From: Flaccisagitta enflata
Lineage: Eukaryota
NCBI GenBank assembly: GCA_965153355.1
Contig: OZ231126.1
Location: 39,184,001-39,248,000, forward strand
Direction of reading: 5' to 3'
DNA: 64,000 nucleotides
Of this stretch, positions 18,957 through 31,725 are shown piece by piece. How positions within the stretch are numbered: position 1 is the first letter of the stretch; every line of letters begins with the position of its first letter. Below the pieces are notes generated by a model. It had not been told where the DNA came from, did no database searches, and saw only the letters and a list, made by a program, of their open reading frames with translations. The position numbers and the translations under genes were made by a program.

Positions 18957-20570
18957 GTGACGGGGTGCTTGAGTCAGTTCTGGACAGTTTGCCGTCATAT
19001 CGGGACTCAAGATTATTTGCCACCTGTTTGGAAATGCGTTATCGTTGTTTCGTCGGCTTTTCTGCTAGGCCCTACGACAATCCATTTTTACAGCATAATT
19101 GTCATTTTATCATCAAAGCTAAATCTGCATGAAGCTTCGTTTTCTGAGTGGAAGATGAAACAGAATTTAGAAGCCGCATTATTGTTTGCCTCTCGAGCCA
19201 AACTGGGAGAAATATTTTTCGAAAGTTTTCCACAATTTCTCACTCAAGGGATGATGACCAGTGGCAAGGGTGAGAGGGGCGTGAGAGAGCTGACCTATTG
19301 GCAAAAAATGTCTGTACTGACCAGCGCTGCGACCATTGCTCTGGGGATCTCCAACTTTGGTGTCCGGATCTCAGGCGTATATCTTTCAAGAAAACACAAA
19401 AAGATGACATCTCATTTGGTGTTAGCCATCTTTTCCTTGTCGGAAGTAGCTTTTTGCGGGGGGCTTTGTCGTTTCTCTTTTGCATTGAAAGTTGGTGGCA
19501 CAAGTGCTTTGGCAATGTTGATTCCTTTCATTGCCTTGTCATCGGCGTTATCAATGGCACCAATCATCTGTTATCTATTTCAGTGGACGCATGGTGAAGT
19601 TTTCTTTCTGACACCCAAACTTTGTCTTTGGGCAATAGTGGCGGGTATATTCTTCTTTACTCAGGCAACAGTTACAGAACCCTTACAGGACCTGACGCAT
19701 AATAATTCTTTCGTCACTTTTGTAGTCACAATGACGTTGACATCCATAATCAATTTTACATTGGGGTTTTTCATTCACAAGCAAAGGACCGACTTTCATG
19801 TTTACCAATGGGTGGACGCAATTCTTAAAAAGATGGTTGACACTCTGACCGAGCCGTGTACATCTGAAACTGAATGCCGTGCCATTCACACTGAATCTGA
19901 TCAAGTGGAAGAATCAACTGAAGATTCTTCGAATAAAGAAGTGCAGATAAAATCACAAAAAACATCGAAGGTAGAAACTGGAATATCACATAAAACCTCA
20001 CATCCTAGTATGGATAACCTGAGAAGCAGAGCACGAGAAAGATTTTGTAGCATGACAGTAGTCAGATTGGCTACGCCATTGATCATCATTTTTCTCCTTT
20101 CCTTTGCGGTCATCGCTCTGTTTTTCTATCCTCTCGATGTACCACAGGAAGGTTACTGCGTGGAGTTTTACTGTGATTGTATCAGTAAAAGAAGTGATTT
20201 GCAAGGGTTCCCAGTAGTATCTGCCTGCAATGATTCTCTAAAAGGTTCCATCTGTGTGAAGAATAGGACTCCCTTGGAGTTAGTACAAATTAGCAAGGTA
20301 ATTGCGAAACAAATCCGATATGAAGAACTGCTTCTAGTTGGAATTTCAGACTATAATGGAAAGTTTGACATGGAGAATATCAAGAGCTTACAAAAACCAA
20401 TTTTGCAACCGATATGTACGGGCGAGGAAAGTAACCTCATTTTTTGTAAGCATTACGGCTTGAATGTAAGACTTAAGGAAGAATGCTATGAAGGAACTCA
20501 CCGACTTTTCGTCAGCATTATAAAAAATCATATAGATTTTCCAGGCTACCACTCTTTTTTCATGATCTAG
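18957..20570 (+). CDS. XK-related membrane domain plus Cys-rich extracellular region (part of the disrupted gene)
   Basis: AFLLGPTTIHF and AKLGEIFFESFPQFLTQ...SVLTSAATI XK-family motifs; about 7 hydrophobic helices; aligns by eye with the paralog at 28171-30907. Confidence 0.8.
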   Translation: MTGCLSQFWTVCRHIGTQDYLPPVWKCVIVVSSAFLLGPTTIHFYSIIVILSSKLNLHEASFSEWKMKQNLEAALLFASRAKLGEIFFESFPQFLTQGMMTSGKGERGVRELTYWQKMSVLTSAATIALGISNFGVRISGVYLSRKHKKMTSHLVLAIFSLSEVAFCGGLCRFSFALKVGGTSALAMLIPFIALSSALSMAPIICYLFQWTHGEVFFLTPKLCLWAIVAGIFFFTQATVTEPLQDLTHNNSFVTFVVTMTLTSIINFTLGFFIHKQRTDFHVYQWVDAILKKMVDTLTEPCTSETECRAIHTESDQVEESTEDSSNKEVQIKSQKTSKVETGISHKTSHPSMDNLRSRARERFCSMTVVRLATPLIIIFLLSFAVIALFFYPLDVPQEGYCVEFYCDCISKRSDLQGFPVVSACNDSLKGSICVKNRTPLELVQISKVIAKQIRYEELLLVGISDYNGKFDMENIKSLQKPILQPICTGEESNLIFCKHYGLNVRLKEECYEGTHRLFVSIIKNHIDFPGYHSFFMI

Positions 20571-20919
20571 GCTGATAGGTTTTCTGCCTGTGAAAAGAAT
20601 TGTCACGATATAGCCCTGGGAGAAATGTTTGTGTCAAGGCTCGTCGGTGAAAACGAAGGCGCTCTTCTTATTAAACATCTTCCCAAGAGAAATACGGAGC
20701 AAGAAAGCATATGGCTTGTGGATGGAGGATATCTAACGTCTACGGAGAAAGGAAACAAAATTGTCCTTCCTCAAAATGTGCGCGATGAAATCTTACCATC
20801 AATTTGCGTGGTTTTTCGGAAATGTAAGAGCAATCCATGCCAAAACAGAGGGACCTGTTTCGATAATGCAAATTCTTTCCTGTGTAATTGTACTTCAAGT
20901 TGGACTGGAAAGTTTTGTG
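20571..20919 (+). CDS. Degenerate C-type-lectin-like segment and EGF-like domain (in frame after the TAG)
   Basis: FSACEKNC...LV...ESIWL...PSICV followed by the canonical 6-Cys [41 protein letters not shown] donor at 20920. Confidence 0.75.
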
Positions 20920-21156
20920 GTAAGTTTAGGCTGTGATTAACATAGTACATTTCATTTCCTAGTTTGTTCCAATGTTCAGCCAAAAAGACGACTCTCGACG
21001 TAGTTAAAAAGTAGTAGATGAGGGGTTTGTTTGCTGCTATGTTTTTTTTCTGTTTTTTTTTTTTCTCTCTCTGCATGTCTGCTGCTCTGTTTTTTCTGCA
21101 TGTCTGTTTTTCTGCATGTCTGTTTTTCTATTTGTCTCTCTCGGTCATACTTTCTT

Positions 21157-21250
<94 letters not shown>

Positions 21251-21265
21251 TCCATTTCCTCTCAG

Positions 21266-22293
21266 AGTTGATCGCATCCCCCATTCCGCTGCGACTTACC
21301 AAAGCTAGTTCAGAGACAACAGGTGGCGTTGGAATGGTCGTGGAATCGATCGGAGCGAAGATTTTGCTGTGGGGATCTAGAAAAAAATCCCCCAACGTCA
21401 TCCGGATGTACGACGTGAATAATGAAACATGGGCGGAAAAGGAAGCGGGAGGCGAAATACATCCAGGTTACGCGAATGCCGCGAGTGTCATCGTTGGAGA
21501 AGAGATTTACATGTTCGGCGGTTTCCGAGATGAACAGAGAGGGAAACAAATAGAAACAAACTGCATCTCAAAAGTCTCGACAAAAACTGGCGAATTCCAG
21601 CGTATCAAAATCAACGGAGTTTCTCCTTTTCCCCGCTTTAAGGCAGTTGCCTGGAGTCACGAGGGTGATCTATGTTTCGGATTTGGTCACAGTGATGGGA
21701 GGCAAAAGATTTCGGGAGAGAGTTACATCGAAGAGAACAGAAGATGGACCCGAAAACCCGGCTTGGGTTTCACAAATGAAATCCTGCGATTTGACAAAAG
21801 ACAAAACTCTTTTGCCTCGCTCATCACGAATGGATCTTCGCCAAAACCCCGCATTGGATTTGGCTTTGCCAAATTGGATGGAAAAATATACGTTCACGCT
21901 GGACAAGGAGAACACTATAATGGGTTGAAAGACTTCTTTCGAATGGATTTAAAAATCAGTGAATGGACTTCACTGAAGGCCCGCGGTCTTCCATACAGCC
22001 TTCAATATCACTCCCTGTCGCTGCTCTCTTCGAAGCAATTGATGCTGGTTGGTGGAGAAAAAAGTCCTTGGGAAAAATCAAATCGAGTCATGATTTACAA
22101 TGTACAAAACGGTTCATGGACGGAAGATCAGCTTCTGCCGGACTCAGTCGGCGGGGGTGAAGGCGGTGGATTGGTGTACCACAGAGCCGCAGAAGTGAAA
22201 AACGGAAAGAATGTCACAACAATCATTTGTATGGGAGGAAAAGTGAAAGGCAACAAACTCTCCAAGCACATGCTTCATTTTGACTTACCCTGA
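21266..22293 (+). CDS. Kelch-repeat beta-propeller terminal exon
   Basis: IYMFGGF, PFPRFKAVAW, PKPRIGFGFAKLDGKIYVHAG, YHSLSLLSSKQLMLVGG and IICMGG; the CAG acceptor at 21263-21265 is phase-compatible with the EGF exon. Confidence 0.85.
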
Positions 22294-25282
22294 TGATAAC
22301 CCTTACCGAATAATTTCAAAATGATCTGTGAAAAATTTACAACCTGGAAAAAGATTATTCCGACACTTAGAGATTGAATGGGTTCATTGACTAAATACCG
22401 ATCAAAATATTTTAATGGAAGCATTACTATGTAATTGGTTTTCTAATAATCTATATTTCAATCTATCTATCCAAGATGATCTGGTTTTACATCTCCATAC
22501 AAAAGTATTCAAATCATTCTAGATGTATCATGTATCGATGTTTCTAACTTATCTAAAAACTGAAATATCAATGGTAGAATTTGACTCTTAGACATTAAAG
22601 GTGTCAGTATACCTATTTCCTTGGTAGTTACATTTTGGAAAAAAATTACAAAAGAAGATGCAATCACGGTATAACCGCGCCAAAAGAAAAAATTGCACTT
22701 ATCATTAAACACATACCTCATCGCTCTTGGAAACTATGGATAATCAGTGACCGTTAGAAAGATATTCAAAAATTCTTAAAAACTAGGCCTAGCAGAATAA
22801 TGTAACTTTTTTAGTCGCCACTCTACACCTTGCCGTGTTGGTCGGTAGGTCGGTCCTTCTGTCGGTCGGTCCGCCACATTTTTAAAATTTTGACTTTTCA
22901 AGTGTGCTTCAGGGTACTTGAATTACTCTAAGTACTTCAGGTACTTTTGGGTACTTTTGGGTATTTTTGAGTATTTTTCGGTATTTTTGGGTATTTTCAG
23001 GTATATTCGGATACTTTTGGATACTTTTGGGTATTATTGGGTATTTTTGGATATTTTTGGGTATTTTTGGGTATTTGAGGTAAATATGTAATGTAGATAT
23101 GTAATGTATGTAATTATGTATGAATGCAATTATGTATGTTGTACTTGAGGTTATTATGTTATTTTGTAATTATGAGATTATGTGATTATATAAATATGTA
23201 ATAATGTGATTTTGTGATAATGTAATTATGTGATTACGTGGCTATGTGATTATGTGATTATGTGATTATGTGATAAAGTAATCAGGTAATTACAGTTGAA
23301 CCCCGCTCTAACAGATATCAGTGGACCAATAATTTTCTGCTGGTATAGGCGGAATTTGTTATTGCCGCCAAAGGAAATAAAAGAAATAAATTTGAACAGA
23401 CTATGAATTGGCATCTGTTATAGGCGGAATCGCGTTGGTGACGGGTCCGTTAGATCGGGAGGGAAGGAAGGACGGAGGAAAGGAAGGACGGATGGGAGGG
23501 AGGAGGGAAGGGAGGGGAGGAGGGAAGGGAGGGAGAGGAGGAAAGGGAGGGAAAGGAGGGAAGGAGGAGGAAGGATGGGAGGGAGGAGGGAAGGAGGGGG
23601 GAGGAGGGAAGGGAGGGAGGAGGGAAAGAAGGATGGGAGGAAGGAAGGGAGAAGGAAGGAATGGAAGGAAGGAAGGAACGGAGAAAGGAAGAAAGGAAGG
23701 AGTATGCTTGTTTGAGTTGTGTGTAATTTAAAACGGAGCTCATGCCTGATGGCCTGTGGGGCTTGTTTGTTTTAAAATGACAACTAAATGAAGTTATTTA
23801 CTCTGCTCTCTCCAAAGTGAATTAATTAATTATCACAATTTTCCACATTTTCCTATGTATCAATGTAAATAATGTCCTTAATCAAAGAAAATTCATGAGG
23901 AAAAAAACCAGAAATTTTTCTACAGAATGGCGCCAAGCAGAAATTTGTGACTTAATCTGTTTAGATGTCATGATTGAATGAAAGTGAAAGGTACAGTTCA
24001 AAGGGATATGTGAAAACGTTTATTCTGACAGTAAACAAAATTGACATCTTTACTTCTAATCATTATCGGGAAAAAAGTCGAAGTCAGTCTTCGACTTTTT
24101 GACATATTCGAGAGAAAAAGGGTTTTTATTTTCTTATTAGGAAGTTGCGGGTCTCCTTCGGCTGATTGCACCCTCGGACGAAATTGATAGGGTAAGTAAA
24201 TTTGATAATTTTCTTTCATTTGGCGCCAAGCAGAATGCTCTACGACAAATATTTTTTGCGCTATGATTTTTTAAAGATTTATTTACAAAAATTGCAAATT
24301 GAATTTTTTTTTGTTTTTTATGATTTTAAGTAGGATCAATAAAAAAGTGTATTTATGTTTGTTTGAGCATGCAAATACAATAAAACATGTTTATGGGCAT
24401 AGCTGCTCATCTCTTAGGGTGTTTTTGAGCAGTCTAGCTCATTTAGCTCATTTAGCTCATTTTGCTCCGTCTTTTTTTCTGATTTCAAATTCAATAAATG
24501 AATAAATATTTTGTTACATGTTTAAGCAAGCAGATACAAAAAAACATGTCAGTGAGCTCAGTAGCTTATTTGCAAGGGTATTTTTATGTATTCTAGCTCA
24601 CTTGGCTTATTTAGCTCAGTCTTTTTTTCTGATCTTTAATGGGATAATTACATAAATGCAAATACAAGAAAGCATGTCAGTGAGCATGGCTGGTTGTGTG
24701 GTTGAGTGATTTTGAGCATTTTAGCTCATCTAGCTCATTTGGCTCAGTCCTATATTTCTCGGATTAACAGTGCAACCAATACATGCAAGTGCTCTTGATT
24801 TGATCTAACAAGTAGAAAGATTTGCAGTTACTGAAAACAAAAGCTTGGTGAAAAGTGATCAATGCTTACGACTTTTTTCCTCACGGCGACAGCCGCCATT
24901 ACTGGTAATTTCTAAAGTTTTTTAGCTACAACGCTTTAATACCACTCAATTGATAGATTTTTTGAAGCTCTTTAAAATTCCCACTGATATTTCATAGTTA
25001 CACCTCCTATGAACGAACCAAGAGTCTTCAAAAAATTGTGCAATTTTTATTTTTGGCATGGTTATTTGGAAAAAAGTCGATTTCCACGAAGAAAAGTTGT
25101 TTTCCCTTTTTTTCATGGGGCGTTCGGGAAAATTGGTCAGTTTTGGGAGCTAAATGGGACTACGCATGAAATTAATAGCTAAGAAAGAACTAATTCTCCT
25201 CTTTCAGATGACGCCAAGTAGAATTCTGTGCGATCGATAGTTTTGGAGCTATGATTTTTTAAATATTTTTTTATTCTTCCGC

Positions 25283-25349
<67 letters not shown>

Positions 25350-25474
25350 GTCAAAAATTCTTAGTCTATAAATGTAGTGGATGAGGAGGATGAAGAATAG
25401 TCGCAAAAGAGCTAGATGGTCAGCAGTTCCCGTGCCCTGCCTGAGCAGGTTGTGATTAAAATTGAGGGAACTAG

Positions 25475-25815
25475 GCAGCAGCCCAAAAAGGGCTTATGAC
25501 CTATATTTTTACAAATGGAGAAATTTCTCCTTTTCCTTGAGATTTGGGCCTTTGGGCTGAGTGTTAGACCTTGGGGCTAGGATTTTGGTCTTTTGGCTGG
25601 GATTTAGGCTTGGATTCTAAGATTTGACCCTTGAATCTGGGATTTGGGCATTGAGGCTATGATTTGGGCCTTGAGGCTGTGATATGGGCCTTGAGGCTGG
25701 GATTTAAGTTTTGAGGCCCAGGGAGGGGGATGTAGAAGGAGGAGAAGGAGGAGTGGGAGAAATTTCCCCTTTGTGTCGAAGCATAGGTCATCAGTCCCTT
25801 TGGGGCCCCTGCCCA
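25475..25815 (-). mobile_element. Repeat family B (Helentron/HINE-like, with internal 21-bp minisatellite)
   Basis: Shared head TTTGGGCAGCGGCCCCAAAGGGG.CGA..TCCTGTAGAACACAGGGG and CTCAGGCCTSAAATC-type tandem units. Related copies near 32755, 35880-36620, 54785, 55795-56282 and 59685-60180. Confidence 0.6.
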
Positions 25816-25816
25816 G

Positions 25817-25903
<87 letters not shown>

Positions 25904-26735
25904 GAGGCAATTGCAACTGTCTGTTGTTCCCATTTCATTGTGAATTTGGAAAAAAAATTTGCACGCGAAAAAAAAAAGAAAAAGAATAAAATCATGCCTC
26001 GACCCAGTGACTTTCCTAAGGACCATAACGGCTCTTATCTCACCTTATCAATTTTAACAAGGCCGGATTCACGGCTACCTTAGTCGCGTGCGGGTGGGCA
26101 GGGGCAGTATTTGAGTTACTAAAGCACTTGGGCAAGTGCAGTGAGGCCAAAGACCGCAAAAAATAAAAAAAGTAAAATGGGGACCGACCGACCGACGGAC
26201 AAAGCGGGGTGTAGTGTCGCGTAGCACGCGACTAAAAAACATGAAAAATGGTGACTCGATACAAGTGTACTGGGTTAGAACAGATATCATGGAATTGATA
26301 ATTCTGCATGATGTTGTACAGAATTCTGTGCGATCAATAGTTTTGGAGCTATGATTTTTTGAATCTTTGTTTATTTTTGCGCATTTTTCGCGTTTTCCCA
26401 AAAAACAAGGAATCGAGTTAGTTGTAGTCTATTTGAACTTCGAAATGTCCCAGGTGATAACTGTGAATCAAGGCAGCACAGTCTCTCTCTCATTTCAACT
26501 CTGGACTCTATAAGAGGCATTGTCTGTCAGTCCATCCCTTGGTCTGTTGGTCCGTCTGTCCATCCGAGTGGAAAAGTGGAAAAACAAGCGGTCTAGATGC
26601 TTTTTGAGTAGGGGTTGGGGTGTGAATGGGGGTTGGATGCCCCTGTCCACCTGTCTGCAGCGATATTATAACCCCGTGTTACATGTTTTTCTCTGTTTTT
26701 CTCTCTGTCTCTCTCTCCCCCTCTGTCTCTCTCTG

Positions 26736-26823
<88 letters not shown>

Positions 26824-28170
26824 TCTCTCTTCCACTCTCTCTCAACAACAACATGAGGACGCAATGTGACAAAAATGACAAACCCTTTTGTGTTATTGTT
26901 ATAAATTTCGCTAAAGATGATTCCATTCGCCTCGTATGTATCTTTAGATTTAAGATCAACACATGTTTAAATATTTTCGACAGAGAAAAAATGGCAAAAT
27001 TGCATGAAAAGCATTCTTTTAGTTGGCCTTTTGTGATGAAATTTTGACAATAGCAGACTGATTCTTTATTGCTTGTAATGCTTTGACAAAAATCATTAAG
27101 CAGGTGTTACTTGCTTATGTATCACGACCTATCCCCATGTCTTCTACAACTTCCAATCTGGAGCTAGCACTCTTAGTCTGACGGTACATCGCACCGTCGG
27201 TCGACCACTCTGTCTAGGTCGCTTTTGGCAATGATAAGGATCTTGGCTTTTTCGGTGGTATTTGATCATTACCTCTAAATTTTGAACGGATAGATTTTTA
27301 CAAGAGGTAACGAACCGACGTACGAATCTACAAACAGACCGATAGACTAAACAGCTTATGATCATGAAGACGTGATGATGCATCTATGAAATGTCATGCC
27401 CAGATAAAGCGATATCTGTAGAATGTGCCCGTATCTGTTTCTTTAAAATATGTCGAAGCTTTTTGATAACATTCAGTCTTCAGTCCAATATTACATTTTA
27501 TATTCTGCGGGCTCACTAATCTTCATCGAATATCGGGACGAGCTAAAAACTACATGAAATCGAGAGATAGACCAATGAGAGTGCTCAGTTACACTTACTG
27601 CTTACACTTACAGACCAACAAATGTACTCTGTAACACTTACAGCCTTCAAACAATCTATGATATGACGTGTTTTTTTTTTTCTGAAATAAAAATCTTGTC
27701 AATTTGAAAACAATTTGTAAAAAAATTTTCATTTCTTTTGCTTTGTATTGCACTGGTGCTAACTTACAAAAGTGGTTTTCGCATTGGGTGGTGAATCGAA
27801 AATTTAATTTTGATATTTTATAACAAGTGGGTAGAACATAATCCCTTCCTTTACGAGTGATACAATTTTGCGAGCTATTCCATGGCCATACCGATGGTGA
27901 TGTTTTATTTGCATTATGTTATTAAATATTAAGTAATAATGATAATAGAAACATGTGGAGGAGTCCTAAGGGCCTCTTGAACCTTCACTGACTAGTTGAT
28001 ATGTGCTCAACTTCTAGTTTTCCATTAAAAGAATTGTAGAAACGCCCATTTAGGGTCTTGCCAACCAATAATAGTCAAGGGCAAAAGAATGCTACCTGTG
28101 CAACTAAAGTTCGTCTCAATAATCTATCCCATTGCGAAAACCCCTCAATAAAAATTGGTTAAAAGCCAGA

Positions 28171-29988
28171 ATGAACATCGAAAAACTTTTCACGATTTCG
28201 TTATTCTGCGTCAGCGCCGCGTTTACGCTCGTCGACATCGGAAGTGACTCTTACCTCGCCTTCAAGTATTGGAACAACACCAAATATCGAAGTTTTCGAC
28301 ATTGCACGGAAGATCCATTTACCAGAGCCAATATGACAACCAAGGAACGCAATTTCACGAGAGAGTTTTTCAGCTTGACGGGCGAAAATTACGGCGAAAA
28401 TGGTCCGTTGGTGCAGATCATCGACAAAATTGAAAAAAAGATGAATGAATGTGACCAAACATGGAATAAAACTGACAATGTTACCGCCGACATCTTTAAA
28501 GACGAAGGAGATTGTAGTCTCTACGTTTCTAACGAGCTTGTGGACAATCCGACACACGAGGAGGTGGAGTGGGCGAGTAAGGTGTTCCATTTGAGGCATG
28601 AATTTCCTTGGAAGTGGTGGAGCCGCACCAAAAAAGTCCTTCAATATTGCGCAAATTGGATGAACCGTTCCATCCCGATTAATCCCACCCGGATCCAAAC
28701 TCAAACGGACGCGGGAGCGCTATTTAGCCTCGATTTAAATTTGCATTTTGCGATTCTGACGACGGGCTGGATCGCCGCTGGGGGATTGTTTCAATTCTTT
28801 ATCATCTTTCACTTGTTCCGCCGACAGGACTTCCGTCTTGGCATTCTGCCAAAATCTGTTCAAATCATACTACTCTTAGCATCGCCAATTTTGCTTGGAC
28901 CTGTCATCGTTTACATGTATGGCATCATTTTTCTATTGTCTGGGAAAAAAGATCAACCATTTCAACAGGGAGTCAAAAGGTAACAGAATGCATAAAGGTA
29001 ACGTGATGAAACATAGATAATACTCCAGAAAGCGTGATTGCAAAAAAATCCTTAACTCACGTTTGTATATCAATTACACCGAGTAAAGAACACCCACTTC
29101 CGCAGATAGATGTTGGATTTGGCTTGATAGTTTAGCTTACCCCGTGTTCAATCTCAAAGTGGGAAAAGTAAAAAGCTTACATTCCTAAACGCAACTAGTC
29201 AGTGATTTCAAATCATTTTTCTCTTGTAGTATTATGTTTGACGTTTTTTGTATAAAAATTTCATTGGTCTAGCCTTAATAGTTTGTCCACAACATCAATT
29301 TTAAGAAAAACAAGTGTATGAAGTTTGAGCTAAAAAACTCTTCTTTTAATCATGATAGTTTTTCTCAAAATTGCTCTAATTTCTAAACGGTTTGAGCTAC
29401 AAACACCAGATTGGTCTCAAATGAAGTATAATTTGGAAATGTTTACATCTGAGACCAATCTGGCACCTTTTATCAAGCCGTTTGAGAATTACAGGCAGAA
29501 TTTTGAAAAACGGTGTTGACAAAATCATGAGTTTTTGAGCCTCAACTGTAAATACTTGTTTTACTTCAAATTGATGTTGTGGATAAACTATTTAAGCTAG
29601 ACCAATAAAATTTGTACACAATAAACGTCAATATAATGCTAAAAGAGAAAAATGGTTTGAAATCACAGACCAAGTGCGTTTAGAAATGTAAGCTTTTTAC
29701 TTTTCCCACTTTGAGATTGAACACCCTGTATGTTTTGAAATACAACTTCTCTCCAGATTAAGCCTGCTCTCGCCATTGAATTGACAAATTGTAGGGGTGA
29801 TGGATATGTCACAATTTGTACTCATAGGTTAAACGAAATTGTGGCCGCTCTAAAGATTGGCGAAGTGGTTTTTGAGTCTGCGCCTCAACTTGGAACACAA
29901 TGGATCAGCATTCGATATCTAACGTTGTAAAATTTTTCTAATGTTGTCTTGATTAGCTATATCTCTATTTAGTATTAAAGAGAGAGAA

Positions 29989-30052
<64 letters not shown>

Positions 30053-30907
30053 CAAAACAAACATAATTTCTTCTTTAGGAACTACGCCGTTGACGATGTT
30101 ATGCCATTGATTCAACGTTTTTCCATCACAACATCCACGATCACGATCGTCGTCTCCATCGTGAGTTTCGTCGCTCGGAATCGCCAAAAACAATGGATCG
30201 ACCCCAAACATCCATCATTGGCTTCACTGGCGCCCATCGCCTGCATGGTTACCACCGCCATCCTCGGCGCGTCGATGCAATGGAGATTTATCTACAGACA
30301 CAACGACGCCAATGGCTTTTGGCAAATACCACATATATTGATATTTTCCGCTCTCAATACCTCGGCCGCCTTTTTTACTACTTTTGTCTTGTGTCAACGA
30401 TACTCGGCCATTCCGTTTTTACGCGGTAGATGTTGGCGAGTGATTCGCACCACGATTCATTTCCTGTTACACGCCTCCAGTTTCGTATTCTTAGTTACAT
30501 GCGGTACGGCGTTTATGGATACCAAACCCGAACGTGGATTTACCTGTCGATCGGTGATGGGGAGAAAAATTTCGCACCGAAATGTCATTTACATGTTTTT
30601 TACGATCATTTTTTGCTTCGGCACCCATTTTATACTCGGTCTGCTTATATTCTCTGGTTGGAGTCTCGCCAGTCTTGTCAGTCCTGTACTCTCTGCCGCT
30701 GTCATTTGCCTGAAAAAAGTAGCCAGCCTGTGTTGTTACTGTCGATCAGATTGGCGAGATTCCATCGTCAAACTACTCGATGAGCTGATGCTATCTGGAG
30801 AGGCGAGAGAGGCAGAGGAGAAAAGGGAGGCGTTGGAAATGGAGAAGTTAAAGGAGGGGTGGAGAGAAAGGCGGTTCAAAAACGCTAGAGCGAGGGATAG
30901 GCGTTGA
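28171..30907 (+). CDS. XK-related (Xkr) membrane protein, 3 exons: 28171-28979, 29828-29926, 30079-30907
   Basis: TM1 motif FTLVDIGSDSYLAFKYW; large Cys- and N-glycosylation-site-rich first loop; exon 2 encodes ALKIGEVVFESAPQLGTQW; both introns are phase 2 with GT-AG ends and join into one open frame of about 578 aa. Confidence 0.88.
29140..29728. mobile_element. Foldback MITE (Tc1/mariner-type ends) in XK intron 1
   Basis: GTGTTCAATCTCAAAGTGGGAAAAGTAAAAAGCTTACAT... is inverted at ...ATGTAAGCTTTTTACTTTTCCCACTTTGAGATTGAACACCCTG|TA; the arms extend almost to the centre. Confidence 0.85.
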
Positions 30908-30968
30908 TAATGAGGATCATTCAATTGTGGTGGGAAGGAGGTCTAAGATATCAATTCTGCTGAATTTA

Positions 30969-31725
30969 CAGGGCATTCAATCTCATTTGACACGAAAGGA
31001 ACTTTTATTGTGCTAAAACTATTTGACTTTTCACTTTGATTTTTTTCTCAAAAAAGCACTATGTATGACGTTTTTTATATCAAATTTTCATAGGGGTGGG
31101 TCTTGAAATTCAGCAGAAATCCATGTTTGAAGTTACGCAATAAACTCAACAAATAAGGTGGTTTTCTCGCAAATTTTGATTTAAAAAATGCATAAAATTC
31201 AATCTGTTTCAAGCTTCAGACGCTTGATTAAAGTCAAGTGATAAATGCTAAGACCCCAATATTAGAAATAGCAAGGTTTTATCACAGAACAGTGAACTTT
31301 AGGCAAATACTATCAAAATTTTGACAAAAATCATACAAAAACTTAATCAGCGATTGTTTTTTTCCAATAAAAAGGAAAATGGTTGATCATGATAAAATTT
31401 CAAAGAATTGTTTTTCTCAGATACAAAAACTGTAAGAAATTATCTGCCATTCTAGACCAATCTCACATCTGTAGCTCATAGAAATGAGAGCAGTTTAAAG
31501 ATGAAAGGTCAGAACCTCAAAGTTAAACAAAACCTCCCATCTCATCATGACATCTTACACTTTAAAATGGGTTATCTCCTAAACTAATTGACCCAGTACC
31601 ATGAAATTTGGACACAAAAAAACGTCATATGTAGTTCTTTTAGAAGAAAAAAAATCAAACTGAAAAGTTGATTCGTTTTTGCACAGCATAGGTTCTTTTC
31701 GTGTCAAATGAGATTTAGGACCCTG
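30969..31725. mobile_element. MITE with CAGGG termini and TA TSD
   Basis: TA|CAGGGCATTCAATCTCATTTGACACGAAAGGAAC...GTTCTTTTCGTGTCAAATGAGATTTAGGACCCTG|TA. Confidence 0.75.

Larger units (their letters stand above)
4124..22293 (+). pseudogene. Disrupted XK-related (Xkr) multipass membrane protein gene with C-terminal lectin-like, EGF and Kelch modules; interrupted by the BEL element
   Basis: Exons 4124-4193, 4922-5146 and 5338-5466 have GT-AG ends, are all phase 1, and encode the XK TM1 motif LYFWDLGADV; TATA-like TATATAAA near 4011. A probable degraded exon from 5875 is split by the LTR element. Exon about 18766-20919 carries the XK motif KLGEIFFESFPQFLTQ, multiple TM helices and an EGF domain; the last exon 21266-22293 has Kelch repeats. 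Lesions: TGA at 18920 and 18947, a frame change near 18950, and an in-frame TAG at 20568. Confidence 0.7.

Noticed and set aside
21018-21265. N-terminal LSLSLS part of the 420-aa ORF
   Set aside because: (CT)n intron; the real exon starts at the acceptor before 21266.
23408-23743. Gly/Arg/Lys-rich ORFs
   Set aside because: Polypurine low-complexity tract.
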